Shown: piece by piece, positions 50,327 through 59,796 of the stretch
Layout: each line of letters starts with the position of its first letter
How positions within the stretch are numbered: the stretch's first letter is position 1
NCBI GenBank assembly: GCA_040901445.1
Contig: JBBDYQ010000004.1
Coordinates: forward strand, 133,246-197,245
DNA: 64,000 bases
Source: Thermoleophilaceae bacterium
Lineage (GTDB): Bacteria; Actinomycetota; Thermoleophilia; Solirubrobacterales; Thermoleophilaceae
Direction of reading: 5' to 3'
Made by a program: the position numbers and the translations under genes
The notes under the pieces: generated by a model
Databases searched by the model: none
What the model was told of the DNA's origin: nothing
What the model saw: only the letters and a program-made list of their open reading frames with translations

Positions 50327-50809
50327 ATGGCGCGGATCCTCGTCGTGGGCTGCGGCTGCCGCGGGCGGGCCCTGGCGTCGGCGCTGGCCGAGGACGGCCA
50401 TGCCGTGCGCGGCACCACGCGCGACCACTCTTGCCTGGGGGAGGTCGAGGCCGCCGGAGCGGACGCGGTCGTCGCCGACCCCGACCGCCTCGGCACCCTG
50501 CTCCCCGCGATCGAGGGCGTCAGCGCGCTCTGCTGGCTTATGGGCACGGCGGATGCGAACGCCGACGCGCTGCACGGGCCCCGGCTCGCCTCGCTGGTGG
50601 AGATGCTGGTGGACACCCACGTGCGTGGCGTGGTCTACGAGGCGGCGGGCAGCGTGCCGCCCGAGCTGGTGGCCGGCGGGGCGGAGATCGTGCGCCGCGC
50701 CGGCGCGACGTACGGGATGCCGGTGGAGATCGTGGAGGCCGACCCGGCGGGGCACGAGAGGTGGCTCAGCGCGATGCGCTCCGCGGTGTCGCGCCTGTTC
50801 GCCGGTTAG
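50327..50809 (+). CDS. Short NAD(P)-binding Rossmann-fold protein
   Basis: MARILVVGCGCRGRALASAL..; ATG directly follows the previous stop. Confidence 0.55.
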   Translation: MARILVVGCGCRGRALASALAEDGHAVRGTTRDHSCLGEVEAAGADAVVADPDRLGTLLPAIEGVSALCWLMGTADANADALHGPRLASLVEMLVDTHVRGVVYEAAGSVPPELVAGGAEIVRRAGATYGMPVEIVEADPAGHERWLSAMRSAVSRLFAG

Positions 50810-50812
50810 CCG

Positions 50813-50853
50813 CGACCGACGTTTGTCGGAACTATTCGTACAAACGTCGGTCG
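50813..50853. terminator. Bidirectional hairpin between convergent genes (14-bp stem)
   Basis: CGACCGACGTTTGT - 13 nt - ACAAACGTCGGTCG. Confidence 0.55.
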
Positions 50854-50870
50854 GCGGCCGCCCGCGGCGG

Positions 50871-51659
50871 CTAGAAGACCCGCTCGACCGCGCCGGTGGC
50901 CGCGAGCACGGTAAGGAGGACGGTAAGCACGGCGAGCGCTATCGCCGCCATGTGCAGCGCGCTCCACAGCCGGCTGCCCTGCGAGCCGATCCCGACCACC
51001 ACGCGCCCGTCGTGCGGCGGCGCCTCGAGGGGCGTTCTTGGCGGCTCGACCTCGGGCAGCACCGCCGCCTCGGGCTCTGGCTCCGCCGGTGGCAGCAGGA
51101 TCGGCTCTGCGCGGGCAGGCGGCTCCGCAACCGCGGGCAGCCCGGCGTCGGGCACTATGCGCAGCGCGGGCGGCGGGGGCGAGGGCGCCGGCGGCTCTTT
51201 CTCCACCATGGCCTCGCGCTCCGGAGGCCCGTGCAGGTCGGCGTACCCACGCACCAGGCCATCGCGCGCCTGCGCCAGCCGGCGCTCGTGCTCCACGCAG
51301 CGCCCGCAGTGGCGCAGGTGTGCGTCCAGGCGCGCGGGGCCCGGCGGCGCGAGGGCGCCGTCGAGGTGGTCGGACAGCAGGCGCTCGGCCCGCTCGCACC
51401 AGCCGGTGGACGACAGTGGGAAGACCGAACGCCGCAGCGCCTTGCGCCCGCGGTGGAGCGCGTCCGCCAGAGCGTCTGCACCCAGCGACAGCTCGGCGGC
51501 CACGACGTCACGCGGCCGGCCGGCCACCTCCACGAGCGCGAGGGCCCGTCGTGCGCCCTCGTCGAGCTCCGGCAGCGCGCCCTCGACGTGCCGCGCCGCC
51601 TGCTCCGCATCCACCGGGCCGGGTGGGCGGAACGGGACGGGGCGGAGGGCGGGAGTCAT
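50871..51659 (-). CDS. Sigma-70 region-4-like HTH fused to a zinc anti-sigma (ZAS) domain, Pro-rich linker and C-terminal TM anchor
   Basis: LPELDEGARRALALVEVAGRPRDVVAAELSLGADALADALHRGRKALRR (region 4.2-like). C..(27)..HLRHCGRC (HxxxCxxC). LWSALHMAAIALAVLTVLLTVLAATGA at the C-terminus. Confidence 0.65.
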   Translation of the reverse strand: MTPALRPVPFRPPGPVDAEQAARHVEGALPELDEGARRALALVEVAGRPRDVVAAELSLGADALADALHRGRKALRRSVFPLSSTGWCERAERLLSDHLDGALAPPGPARLDAHLRHCGRCVEHERRLAQARDGLVRGYADLHGPPEREAMVEKEPPAPSPPPPALRIVPDAGLPAVAEPPARAEPILLPPAEPEPEAAVLPEVEPPRTPLEAPPHDGRVVVGIGSQGSRLWSALHMAAIALAVLTVLLTVLAATGAVERVF

Positions 51660-51775
51660 CGAAGCCGAGCATACCCCTGTCGCGGCCAGCCGAGCGCGGG
51701 TCGCCGCGATGGGCCAACGGCTAAGCTCCTAATCCTGACCGGATTTCAGCTATTTCTCACGTGGAGGTGAGGCGA

Positions 51776-52618
51776 GTGGCGGGCTACGCCAAGGACGTGC
51801 TGGTGGACACCCAGTGGGTGCAGGACCATCTCGAGGACGACTCCGTACGCATCGTGGAGGTGGACGAGAACCCCGGGCTCTACGAGGAGGCGCACATCCC
51901 GGGCGCGATCGGCTTCGACTGGCAGAAGGACCTGCAGGACCAGGTCAAGCGCGACTTCCTCGGGCCGGAGGACTTCGGCGCGCTGTTCGGCAGCCGCGGC
52001 ATCTCCAACGAGCACACGATCGTGCTCTACGGCGACCGCAACAACTGGTTCGCGGCGTACACCTACTGGTACCTCAAGTACTACGGGCACAACAACGTGA
52101 AGCTGATGAACGGCCCGCGCGAGAAGTGGATCGCCGAGGACCGGCCCACGTCCACCGACGTGCCCGGCTACCCCGAGGCAGGCTTCGCCGCCCAGCCGGG
52201 CGACGACGCCATCCGCGCCAAGCGCGACGAGGTCCGCGCGGCGCTCGACTCCTCCATCAAGCTCGTGGACGTGCGCTCCCCCCAGGAGTTCTCCGGTGAG
52301 CTGATCTCCATGCCCGGCTACGAGAGCGAGGGCGCCCAGCGCTCCGGCCACATTCCGGGCGCCGCATCCATCCCGTGGGCCCAGGCCGTCGCCGACGACG
52401 GGACCTTCAAGACCGCCGAGGAGCTCGAGGATCTGTACGGCGGGAAGGGCGTGCTCAACGGCGGCGAGATAATCGCCTACTGCCGGATCGGCGAGCGCTC
52501 GGCGCACACCTGGTTCGTGCTCCACGAGCTGCTCGGCAAGGACAGCGTCAAGAACTACGACGGCTCCTGGACCGAGTGGGGCAACCTCGTGGACGTGCCG
52601 ATCGAGCGAGACGTCTGA
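51776..52618 (+). CDS. Thiosulfate/3-mercaptopyruvate sulfurtransferase (tandem rhodanese)
   Basis: ORF 51761..52618. GTG 51776 follows GGAGGTGAGG. Active-site loop YCRIGERSAHTW. Confidence 0.85.
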   Translation: MAGYAKDVLVDTQWVQDHLEDDSVRIVEVDENPGLYEEAHIPGAIGFDWQKDLQDQVKRDFLGPEDFGALFGSRGISNEHTIVLYGDRNNWFAAYTYWYLKYYGHNNVKLMNGPREKWIAEDRPTSTDVPGYPEAGFAAQPGDDAIRAKRDEVRAALDSSIKLVDVRSPQEFSGELISMPGYESEGAQRSGHIPGAASIPWAQAVADDGTFKTAEELEDLYGGKGVLNGGEIIAYCRIGERSAHTWFVLHELLGKDSVKNYDGSWTEWGNLVDVPIERDV

Positions 52619-52628
52619 GCCCCAGCGT

Positions 52629-53168
52629 CTAGGGGCAGCCGAGCTCGGTTATCTCGTTGAGCGCGATGCGGAAGATGCGGCCGGTTCGGCGGCTGAAGTA
52701 GAGCTGCGTGGAGACGGGGCCGACGTCGTCGTCCCGGAGCCGCGAGGACTGGAGCCAGCCGCAGCGGCGATCGAACGCCACGCTCCAGCGCCGGCCCAGC
52801 CGGCGCTTGGCGTAGCGCCACGTGTTGCCCACGCCCACGCGGCGGTAGCGCACCTCGCGGGAGGTGGTCCAGATCGCGCGGGCGCCGGGGATCCCGGCAT
52901 TGGGATCGTCGAAGACGTAACCGCGGATCACCGGGCCGCCTCCCTCGGGCCGCACCGCGAAGTAGCCGGCGCGGCCGCGCCGCAGGACCTCGACGGTGTC
53001 GGGCAGGTCGCGGTTGAACACCACCTGGCCGATGCGGAAGTTGGGTCGCCAGCTCTCGGCCGCCGTCGCGGCGCCGGCCGGAGGCGCTCCCACGCCGGCT
53101 CCCAGCATCAGGACGAGCAGAACGCCTGTGAAGCGGTGGTGCGAGCCCTTCACGCTCCCACCGTACAT
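52629..53168 (-). CDS. Secreted hypothetical protein
   Basis: ATG 53168 within ORF 52629..53234. Signal peptide VLLVLMLGAGVGAPPAGA. Start overlaps the upstream stop (TGATG). Confidence 0.5.
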   Translation of the reverse strand: MYGGSVKGSHHRFTGVLLVLMLGAGVGAPPAGAATAAESWRPNFRIGQVVFNRDLPDTVEVLRRGRAGYFAVRPEGGGPVIRGYVFDDPNAGIPGARAIWTTSREVRYRRVGVGNTWRYAKRRLGRRWSVAFDRRCGWLQSSRLRDDDVGPVSTQLYFSRRTGRIFRIALNEITELGCP

Positions 53169-53743
53169 CAGGTTTCGAGCAGCGGCCCGAGTCGCTCGAG
53201 CAGATGCTCGACGACGCGGGCCGTGGCTCCCCACACGAACTGGTCGCCCACCGTGTAGGTGGGGGTCTTGAACGGCACCCCGCGGCGCACCAGGCGCTGC
53301 ATCTCGTAGCCGCGCACCAGCGCGGGCAGTGAGAGCTCGAGCACGACCTCGACCTCCGTGGGCTGCGGGACCCAGGCGTGACCGGCGCGGATGACGCCCA
53401 CGAACGGGTGGATCTTGTAGTTGGTGACGAAGGTGCCCACGGGCGGCAGCGCGCCCACCAGCTCCACGTCCTCCGGCGCAAGCCCGATCTCCTCGTCCGC
53501 CTCGCGCAGCGCCGCCAGCCCGAGCTCCTCGCCCTCGAAGTCCGGGCGGCCGCCGGGGAATGAGATCTCGCCGGCGTGGCGGCGCAGGTCGGCCCGGCGC
53601 TTGGTGAGGACGGCGTGCAGCTCGCCGGCGTCCAGATAGAGGGGCACCAGCACGGCGGCGTCGGTGCGCCCGCCGGGGGCGTCCATCGCCGCGGCCTCCT
53701 CGGGGCCGAGGAGCAGCTCTCGCAGCTGCGCCGGCGTGGTCAA
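53168..53743 (-). CDS. NUDIX hydrolase, CoA pyrophosphatase-like
   Basis: LTKRRADLRRHAGEISFPGG and Nudix box GGRPDFEGEELGLAALREADEEIGL. The TTG 53743 start is tentative. Confidence 0.7.
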   Translation of the reverse strand: MTTPAQLRELLLGPEEAAAMDAPGGRTDAAVLVPLYLDAGELHAVLTKRRADLRRHAGEISFPGGRPDFEGEELGLAALREADEEIGLAPEDVELVGALPPVGTFVTNYKIHPFVGVIRAGHAWVPQPTEVEVVLELSLPALVRGYEMQRLVRRGVPFKTPTYTVGDQFVWGATARVVEHLLERLGPLLET

Positions 53744-54132
53744 CCCAGCTCGAGGCGCTCCTCGAACATGACCTCGCCCTCGAGCGTGCGGTGCACCGGG
53801 CACTTGGCGGCGATCTGCAGGAGTCGCTCGCGCTGCTCGTCGGGCAGCTCCTTGGGGAGCCGGATGACCATGTCGAACTTCGTGACCGATCCGCGCTGGG
53901 CGGGCTCGTAGTCCACGTCCACCACGACCTCGCCGATCTCCCAGCCCTTGCGCTTCGCGTACATCTCCATCGTGATCGCCGTGCACGACGCGAGGCTGGC
54001 CGCGAGCAGCTCCTGCGGACTGGGGCCGGCGTCCTCGCCGCCCTCCTCCACGGGCTCGTCGGCCACCAGCTCGTGCGTGCGGACCTGCACCTCGTTGCGC
54101 AGGGCGTCCAGGCGCCGCGAGACGGCCCTCAT
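53740..54132 (-). CDS. OsmC/Ohr-family protein
   Basis: 130 aa. ..PSPQELLAASLASCTAIT.. and ..AAKCPVHRTL... ATGA overlap upstream. Confidence 0.8.
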   Translation of the reverse strand: MRAVSRRLDALRNEVQVRTHELVADEPVEEGGEDAGPSPQELLAASLASCTAITMEMYAKRKGWEIGEVVVDVDYEPAQRGSVTKFDMVIRLPKELPDEQRERLLQIAAKCPVHRTLEGEVMFEERLELG

Positions 54133-54686
54133 CCGCGCCCCTCGAACAGCTCGGGATCCGGGTCGTCGGCGTGGCGCGCCATGGCATAGACGCAGTCCGA
54201 TGCCCGGTTGAGGTAGGTGATGACGATCTCGTCCGCGAGGTCGCCCGCGATCTTGAGCTCCACCACCCGCCGCTCGGCGCGGCGCAGCGCGGCGCGTGCC
54301 ACGTCGAGCTGGGCGGACAGCTCGTTGCCGCCGGGGATCACGAACTTGGGGGGCAGCTCCACCCGGTCCATGTAGCGGTCGATCGCGGACTCCATCCACT
54401 CGACCATGTCCGGCGCGACCTTCGAGACACCGGGTTCCAGCCGCTCGGCGGCCTGCGGCGCGGTTGCCAGCTCGGCGCCGGCCACGAACAGCTCGTTCTG
54501 GATCCGGAGCAGGTCGCCGTACAGCTCGCGGTCCTCGCGCGCCAGCGCGCGGCACACCCCGAGGGCGGACGCCGCCTCGTCCACGGCGCCGTAGGCCTCC
54601 GGCCGCCCGCTCGACTTCTCCACGCGACCGCCGTACCACAGGCCCGTGGTGCCGTCGTCGCCCTTGCGTGTGTAGATCTTCACCAT
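54129..54686 (-). CDS. PduO-type ATP:cob(I)alamin adenosyltransferase
   Basis: MVKIYTRKGDDGTTGL.., ..IQNELF..GAELA.., FVIPGG. Confidence 0.85.
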   Translation of the reverse strand: MVKIYTRKGDDGTTGLWYGGRVEKSSGRPEAYGAVDEAASALGVCRALAREDRELYGDLLRIQNELFVAGAELATAPQAAERLEPGVSKVAPDMVEWMESAIDRYMDRVELPPKFVIPGGNELSAQLDVARAALRRAERRVVELKIAGDLADEIVITYLNRASDCVYAMARHADDPDPELFEGRG

Positions 54687-55949
<1,263 letters not shown>

Positions 55950-55980
55950 TCGGGGGCGGCACGTTACCGCCCCGCCGGTC

Positions 55981-56568
55981 TCAGCGCGCGCCGAACTCGG
56001 TCACGTAGGTCGCCGCGCGGCCCTGGCCGCGCACGGGCGCGCGCAGCACGAACGCGACTCCGATCTCGCGGAAGCGCCGGTTGAGGATGTTGCGGCGGTG
56101 TCCCCGGCTGCGCATCCAGGCGCGCACGATCGAGCGCGGAGTGGCGCGGCTGCCGCTGCCCCAGGCCAGGTTCTCGCCGAGCACCCAGCCGCCGCGGCGG
56201 CTGCGCACGTAGCGCGTGCGCATGATCCGGTTCACGAAGTCGCGGCCGTCCTGCGAGTCGTGAGCGAAGTAGCCCTTGCGCACCATGTCCCACGCATGCC
56301 GGCCCGCCGCCTTCGCCAGACGGCGGTTGTAGCGCAGGCCTCGCAGCCCGCGCTTGCGCCGCTCCCGGTTGAGTAGGCAGAGGGTGGCGCTGCGCACCGC
56401 CGTGTAGGCCACCGCGTGCGGGTTGGCGCTCGAGCTGGCGCAGGTCGCCGGCCCGGACGTGCGCACCCTGGCGTCCGCCGCCGCGGGGGCGAGCGGGACG
56501 AGCGCGGCGGCGACGAGCGCGGCCGCGAGCAGGCGCAGATGCGCCCGGCCTGTGCGCGAGACGGACAT
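55981..56568 (-). CDS. Secreted CAP/SCP (YkwD-like) domain protein
   Basis: Signal peptide, then N.ERRKRGL..L..N..L..AA..HA.DM....YFAH.., GENLAWG, W..S.GHR.NIL...F.EIGV. Confidence 0.75.
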   Translation of the reverse strand: MSVSRTGRAHLRLLAAALVAAALVPLAPAAADARVRTSGPATCASSSANPHAVAYTAVRSATLCLLNRERRKRGLRGLRYNRRLAKAAGRHAWDMVRKGYFAHDSQDGRDFVNRIMRTRYVRSRRGGWVLGENLAWGSGSRATPRSIVRAWMRSRGHRRNILNRRFREIGVAFVLRAPVRGQGRAATYVTEFGAR

Positions 56569-56675
56569 GGGGGATCGAGCCCGGCGCCGCTGCTCCCCTG
56601 TCGCGAGGCGCCGGTAGTCCGTCTATCGGGCGGGGCGGGGGTGGCCTTTAGCGGGGGAGCCGTCCGTTCGACATG

Positions 56676-56706
56676 CGAACATACGTTCGGAACTCGACGA
56701 GGATGG
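56676..56706. repeat. Inverted-repeat arm L with LexA/Cheo-box-like core CGAACATACGTTCG
   Basis: cgaacatacgttcggaactcgacgaggatgg. Its reverse complement matches 58117..58146 in about 27 of 31 positions (hand count). Preceded by a further GTTCG-N5-CGAAC. Confidence 0.6.
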
Positions 56707-56840
56707 ACAGCCGTTGCCGCCGGCGCGCTGCGGGCCGCCCCCATTCAGGCGAAAGCCAGCGTCGGGGTTCGTCGAGTCAAGATGCCCTACGTCGTGAACT
56801 CGCGCACTTGACGCGCGCTCGCGAGCGTGCGTGCGGCAGA

Positions 56841-58031
56841 GTGCTGAGGGTGAACGCTCTCCCGCTGGCTGCCGCGACCGGCGCTGAGGCCGTCGTCATC
56901 GACCTGTTCGTCGTGCTGCTCGCGGCCAAGGTCGGCCATGAACTGGCGACTCGCATTGGGCAACCGGCGCTCTTCGGCGAGGTGCTCGCGGGCGTGCTCG
57001 TGGGCCCTGCTGTGCTGGGGTGGGTTGAGCTTTCCGAGGTGCTTGAAGCGTTCTCGGAGTTCGGCGCCATCGTGCTGCTGTTCTGGGCCGGGCTGGAGGC
57101 CCGACTGCAGGACATGCGCGCCGTCGGGCGCAGCGCGCTGACGGTCGGAGCATTCGGAATCGCCGTGCCGTTTGCCGCGGGCATGGGCCTCGGCCTCGCG
57201 CTCGGCGAGAGCACGACCACGTCTCTGTTCATCGCCTCGGTGCTGATGGTCACCAGCGCCGGCATCACCGCCGCTGTGCTTGGCGAGCTTGGCCTGCTCG
57301 CCGGTACCGCAGGACGCACCATCCTCGGCGCGGCCGTGGTCGACGACATCCTCGCGCTGGTCATCGTCGGTATCGCGGCGGGCGTGGCGGAGGAGGGCGA
57401 GGTCAATCTCCTCAGCGCCGTGGGAGTCGGCGCCCTGGCCATCGCGTTCGTGGTGTTCTTCGCCACGGTCGGCACGACCGCCCTGCGCCGGCGCCCGGAC
57501 GCGCTCGCGCTCCCGCGCTTTGCCGACTCGACCTTCGTCCCGGCGTTCCTGCTGTGCCTCGGCCTCGCAGCCCTCGCGTCGGTCATCGGGCTGGCTGCCA
57601 TCGTCGGGGCGTTCTTGGCCGGAATGATGGTGGCCGAAACGCGCGACCATCACCCCGTCGAGCGCGACATCGCGCCGCTGTACGCGCTGTTTCCGTCCTT
57701 CTTCTTTGTGTTCATCGGGGCCAGCATCGACCTTGACGCACTAGCCGGCGGCGAAACGCTGCTGCTCCTCGTCGCGCTCACCGCGCTGTCGTTCGCAGTG
57801 AAGTTCTTCGCCTGTTGGCTGGCCGCACGGCCGCTCGGACGCCGGGACGCGCTCATCGTTGGGCTCGGCATGACGCCTCGCGGCGAGGTCGGCATCGTAG
57901 TCGCCGGCCTCGGCCTCGCGACCGGCGCACTCGACAGCGAGCTGTTCGCCGTCCTTGTCGGCGTCTCGGTCATCACCTCCCTACTCGCGCCCCCCGCTCT
58001 GCGTCGCGCCGCGCGCAACGCGCCGGCGTGA
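56841..58031 (+). CDS. Cation:proton antiporter (CPA2/Kef-type)
   Basis: ORF 56673..58031. Polytopic. ..GQPALFGEVLAGVLVGPAVLGW... GTG 56841/56850 are likelier starts than ATG 56673, which lies inside the repeat. Confidence 0.8.
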   Translation: MLRVNALPLAAATGAEAVVIDLFVVLLAAKVGHELATRIGQPALFGEVLAGVLVGPAVLGWVELSEVLEAFSEFGAIVLLFWAGLEARLQDMRAVGRSALTVGAFGIAVPFAAGMGLGLALGESTTTSLFIASVLMVTSAGITAAVLGELGLLAGTAGRTILGAAVVDDILALVIVGIAAGVAEEGEVNLLSAVGVGALAIAFVVFFATVGTTALRRRPDALALPRFADSTFVPAFLLCLGLAALASVIGLAAIVGAFLAGMMVAETRDHHPVERDIAPLYALFPSFFFVFIGASIDLDALAGGETLLLLVALTALSFAVKFFACWLAARPLGRRDALIVGLGMTPRGEVGIVVAGLGLATGALDSELFAVLVGVSVITSLLAPPALRRAARNAPA

Positions 58032-58116
58032 GCAGGATTGGGGCACTGTCGACTCCACCCGCCGACGTTGGGTCCCGGCAGGACCAGAACCGGGCGCCAA
58101 CGCGGCTACCGCACAT

Positions 58117-58146
58117 CCATCCTCGTCGAGTGGGAACATATGTTCG
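58117..58146. repeat. Inverted-repeat arm R with core GGAACATATGTTCG
   Basis: ccatcctcgtcgagtgggaacatatgttcg. GAACATATGTTC is a perfect palindrome. Lies 132 nt upstream of tRNA-Pro. Confidence 0.6.
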
Positions 58147-58277
58147 ACTGGCACTGATGGCCCCCCGATTACCTGAGACCTCTCGGTGGACGCGAGCGAC
58201 ACGCTTCTGCGCGCCCGCCTCGGCGGTTGGATGGACCGCCTCCGCGAGGAGTGGGCGCGGCTAGACTCGTCTTCCAG

Positions 58278-58351
58278 CGGGGTGTAGCTCAGCTTGGTGG
58301 AGCGCCGCGTTTGGGTCGCGGAGGCCGCCGGTTCAAATCCGGCCACCCCGA
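58278..58351 (+). tRNA. tRNA-Pro (anticodon UGG)
   Basis: Acceptor CGGGGTG/CACCCCG, D arm GCTC..GAGC, anticodon stem CCGCG/CGCGG with loop TTTGGGT, T arm GCCGG-TTCAAAT-CCGGC. No encoded CCA. Confidence 0.9.
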
Positions 58352-58357
58352 TTTCGG

Positions 58358-59098
58358 CTACCGCTGCTGGCCGAGGACCTGCGCCTTCTCGCGCGCAAAC
58401 TCCTCGGCCGTCAGCGCCCCGGCCTCGTGCAGCTCGTGCAGCTTCTGGATCCTGTCGAGCGGGTCGTCGGCTGGCTGCGCGGCGGCGCCGGCGGCGAACG
58501 CCCGCGCCGCGTCATCGGTCAGGTCGGGCACGCGGAAGGTGAACTGCTCGTGGTCATCGGGGTCGTAGGCCACCTCGACCGGCTCGCCGATCCGCGGCAG
58601 CTGAACCCGCGAGATCATGAGCTTCTTGCGCACCTCGAACGGCTCCTCGCCGTCGGGCTCCACGCGCAGGATGATCTCGGCGCGCGGCGAGTTGTTCACC
58701 GTCACCCCCGTGTCCTCGATCCCGACGATGCGGGCCGGCGCGCGCCGCCCGGTGGAGAAGAGCTTCGAGGCCTTCAGCATGTCCCAGCCCACGTAGTCCG
58801 CCGACAGCGCGAGCCGCTTGCGCTGCTCGGCGATGTCGTCGATCAGCTCGTGCAGCGGCTCGCGGTCGAAGTCGCCGCGGGCGCGCGTGCCGTGGACGTA
58901 CTCGCGCCAGGGCTCGCGCAGGCGGTCTCCACGCGCCACGATCTCCCGCAGCGCATCGACGCCCTCCGGCGGCGGTTCGACCTCCGCGGCCCCACGCAGG
59001 ACGTCGAGCTCGGAGGCGACGTGCTTGGCGGCCTTGTTCGAGATACCGCGCCGCCCGAATCCGATGTCCCGGCCGCATCCACAGAAGCATTCCGCCAT
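58358..59098 (-). CDS. Hypothetical protein with N-terminal Cys cluster and C-terminal SHOCT-like domain
   Basis: MAECFCGCG.. at the N-terminus. C-terminus DPLDRIQKLHELHEAGALTAEEFAREKAQVL matches the SHOCT pattern. Confidence 0.65.
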   Translation of the reverse strand: MAECFCGCGRDIGFGRRGISNKAAKHVASELDVLRGAAEVEPPPEGVDALREIVARGDRLREPWREYVHGTRARGDFDREPLHELIDDIAEQRKRLALSADYVGWDMLKASKLFSTGRRAPARIVGIEDTGVTVNNSPRAEIILRVEPDGEEPFEVRKKLMISRVQLPRIGEPVEVAYDPDDHEQFTFRVPDLTDDAARAFAAGAAAQPADDPLDRIQKLHELHEAGALTAEEFAREKAQVLGQQR

Positions 59099-59136
59099 CG
59101 TCGACTGAGCCTACCCGGCGGTTACGCTTGCTGCAG

Positions 59137-59210
59137 GCCCCCGTAGCTCAACAGGACAGAGCGTCGGCCTTCTAAGCCGAGGGTTGCTGGTTCGAGTCCA
59201 GCCGGGGGCA
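59137..59210 (+). tRNA. tRNA-Arg (anticodon UCU)
   Basis: Acceptor GCCCCCG/CGGGGGC, D arm GCTC..GAGC, anticodon stem TCGGC/GCCGA with loop CTTCTAA, T arm GCTGG-TTCGAGT-CCAGC. Confidence 0.9.
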
Positions 59211-59218
59211 TGCTGGTG

Positions 59219-59527
59219 TCACGGCCGCTCGCTTTCGTCACCGCGGGGGCGCTGGTGTTGGGCCTGCGCGATGGCCTGTGCGGCCAGTGGAGAGGTGATC
59301 AGCACGAACAGCACCACGAGCGCCGCGCTCGTGATCATCTCCGCGCGCTCCGTGGCGAGAGAGGCGAGCATGACCAGGATGACCGCGGGTCCCGTGACCA
59401 GGCCGGCGGCATGCAGCTGGTGGAAGAGGTCCGGCCTGCGCAGCAGTCCGTAGAGGCCGATGGTCGCGAGCATGAGCCCCGTGGCGAGCAGGACGACGGC
59501 GACGACGTCGAGCAGCGTGTGGAGCAT
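59219..59527 (-). CDS. mnhG: Na+/H+ antiporter Mrp/Mnh subunit G
   Basis: VVLLATGLMLATIGLYGLLRRPDLFHQLHAAG. Last gene of the overlapping operon. Confidence 0.85.
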   Translation of the reverse strand: MLHTLLDVVAVVLLATGLMLATIGLYGLLRRPDLFHQLHAAGLVTGPAVILVMLASLATERAEMITSAALVVLFVLITSPLAAQAIAQAQHQRPRGDESERP

Positions 59528-59793
59528 CAGAACGGCCCTCCGCGCGTGACGTATCGCGCCGCGACGAGCGTGGCCGTGAACGAGAGCAGCGCGAGCGCGA
59601 GGGCCGCATCGATGTAGTAGGAGGCCTCGCGCAGGTAGGAGAGCACCGTGAGGAGCGCGATGACGATGGCCACCAGCACGTCCAGGGCCAGTACGCGGTG
59701 CAGCGTGTCGGGCGCGCGCAGCAGGAGCAGGCCGCCCCCGAGGAGCAGCAGTGCGGCCCAGCCGAGCGCGATCTCGACGGCGAGCTCGGGCAC
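59527..59793 (-). CDS. mnhF: Mrp/Mnh subunit F
   Basis: 88-aa, three-helix ORF. ..LLRAPDTLHRVLALDVL... GTG start. Confidence 0.8.
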   Translation of the reverse strand: MPELAVEIALGWAALLLLGGGLLLLRAPDTLHRVLALDVLVAIVIALLTVLSYLREASYYIDAALALALLSFTATLVAARYVTRGGPF

Positions 59794-59796
59794 GCG

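Noticed and set aside
58186-58287. 33-codon ORF with coding-like GC3 (VDASDTLLRARLGGWMDRLREEWARLDSSSSGV) upstream of tRNA-Pro.
   Set aside because: Its last codons and stop lie inside the tRNA-Pro acceptor stem. It has no ribosome-binding site. It could be a gene remnant, but that cannot be supported from sequence alone.
56569-59219. Genomic island or prophage remnant at the two tRNA genes.
   Set aside because: There is no integrase, transposase or recombinase, no duplicated tRNA 3' fragment, and no clear compositional break beyond the long spacers.
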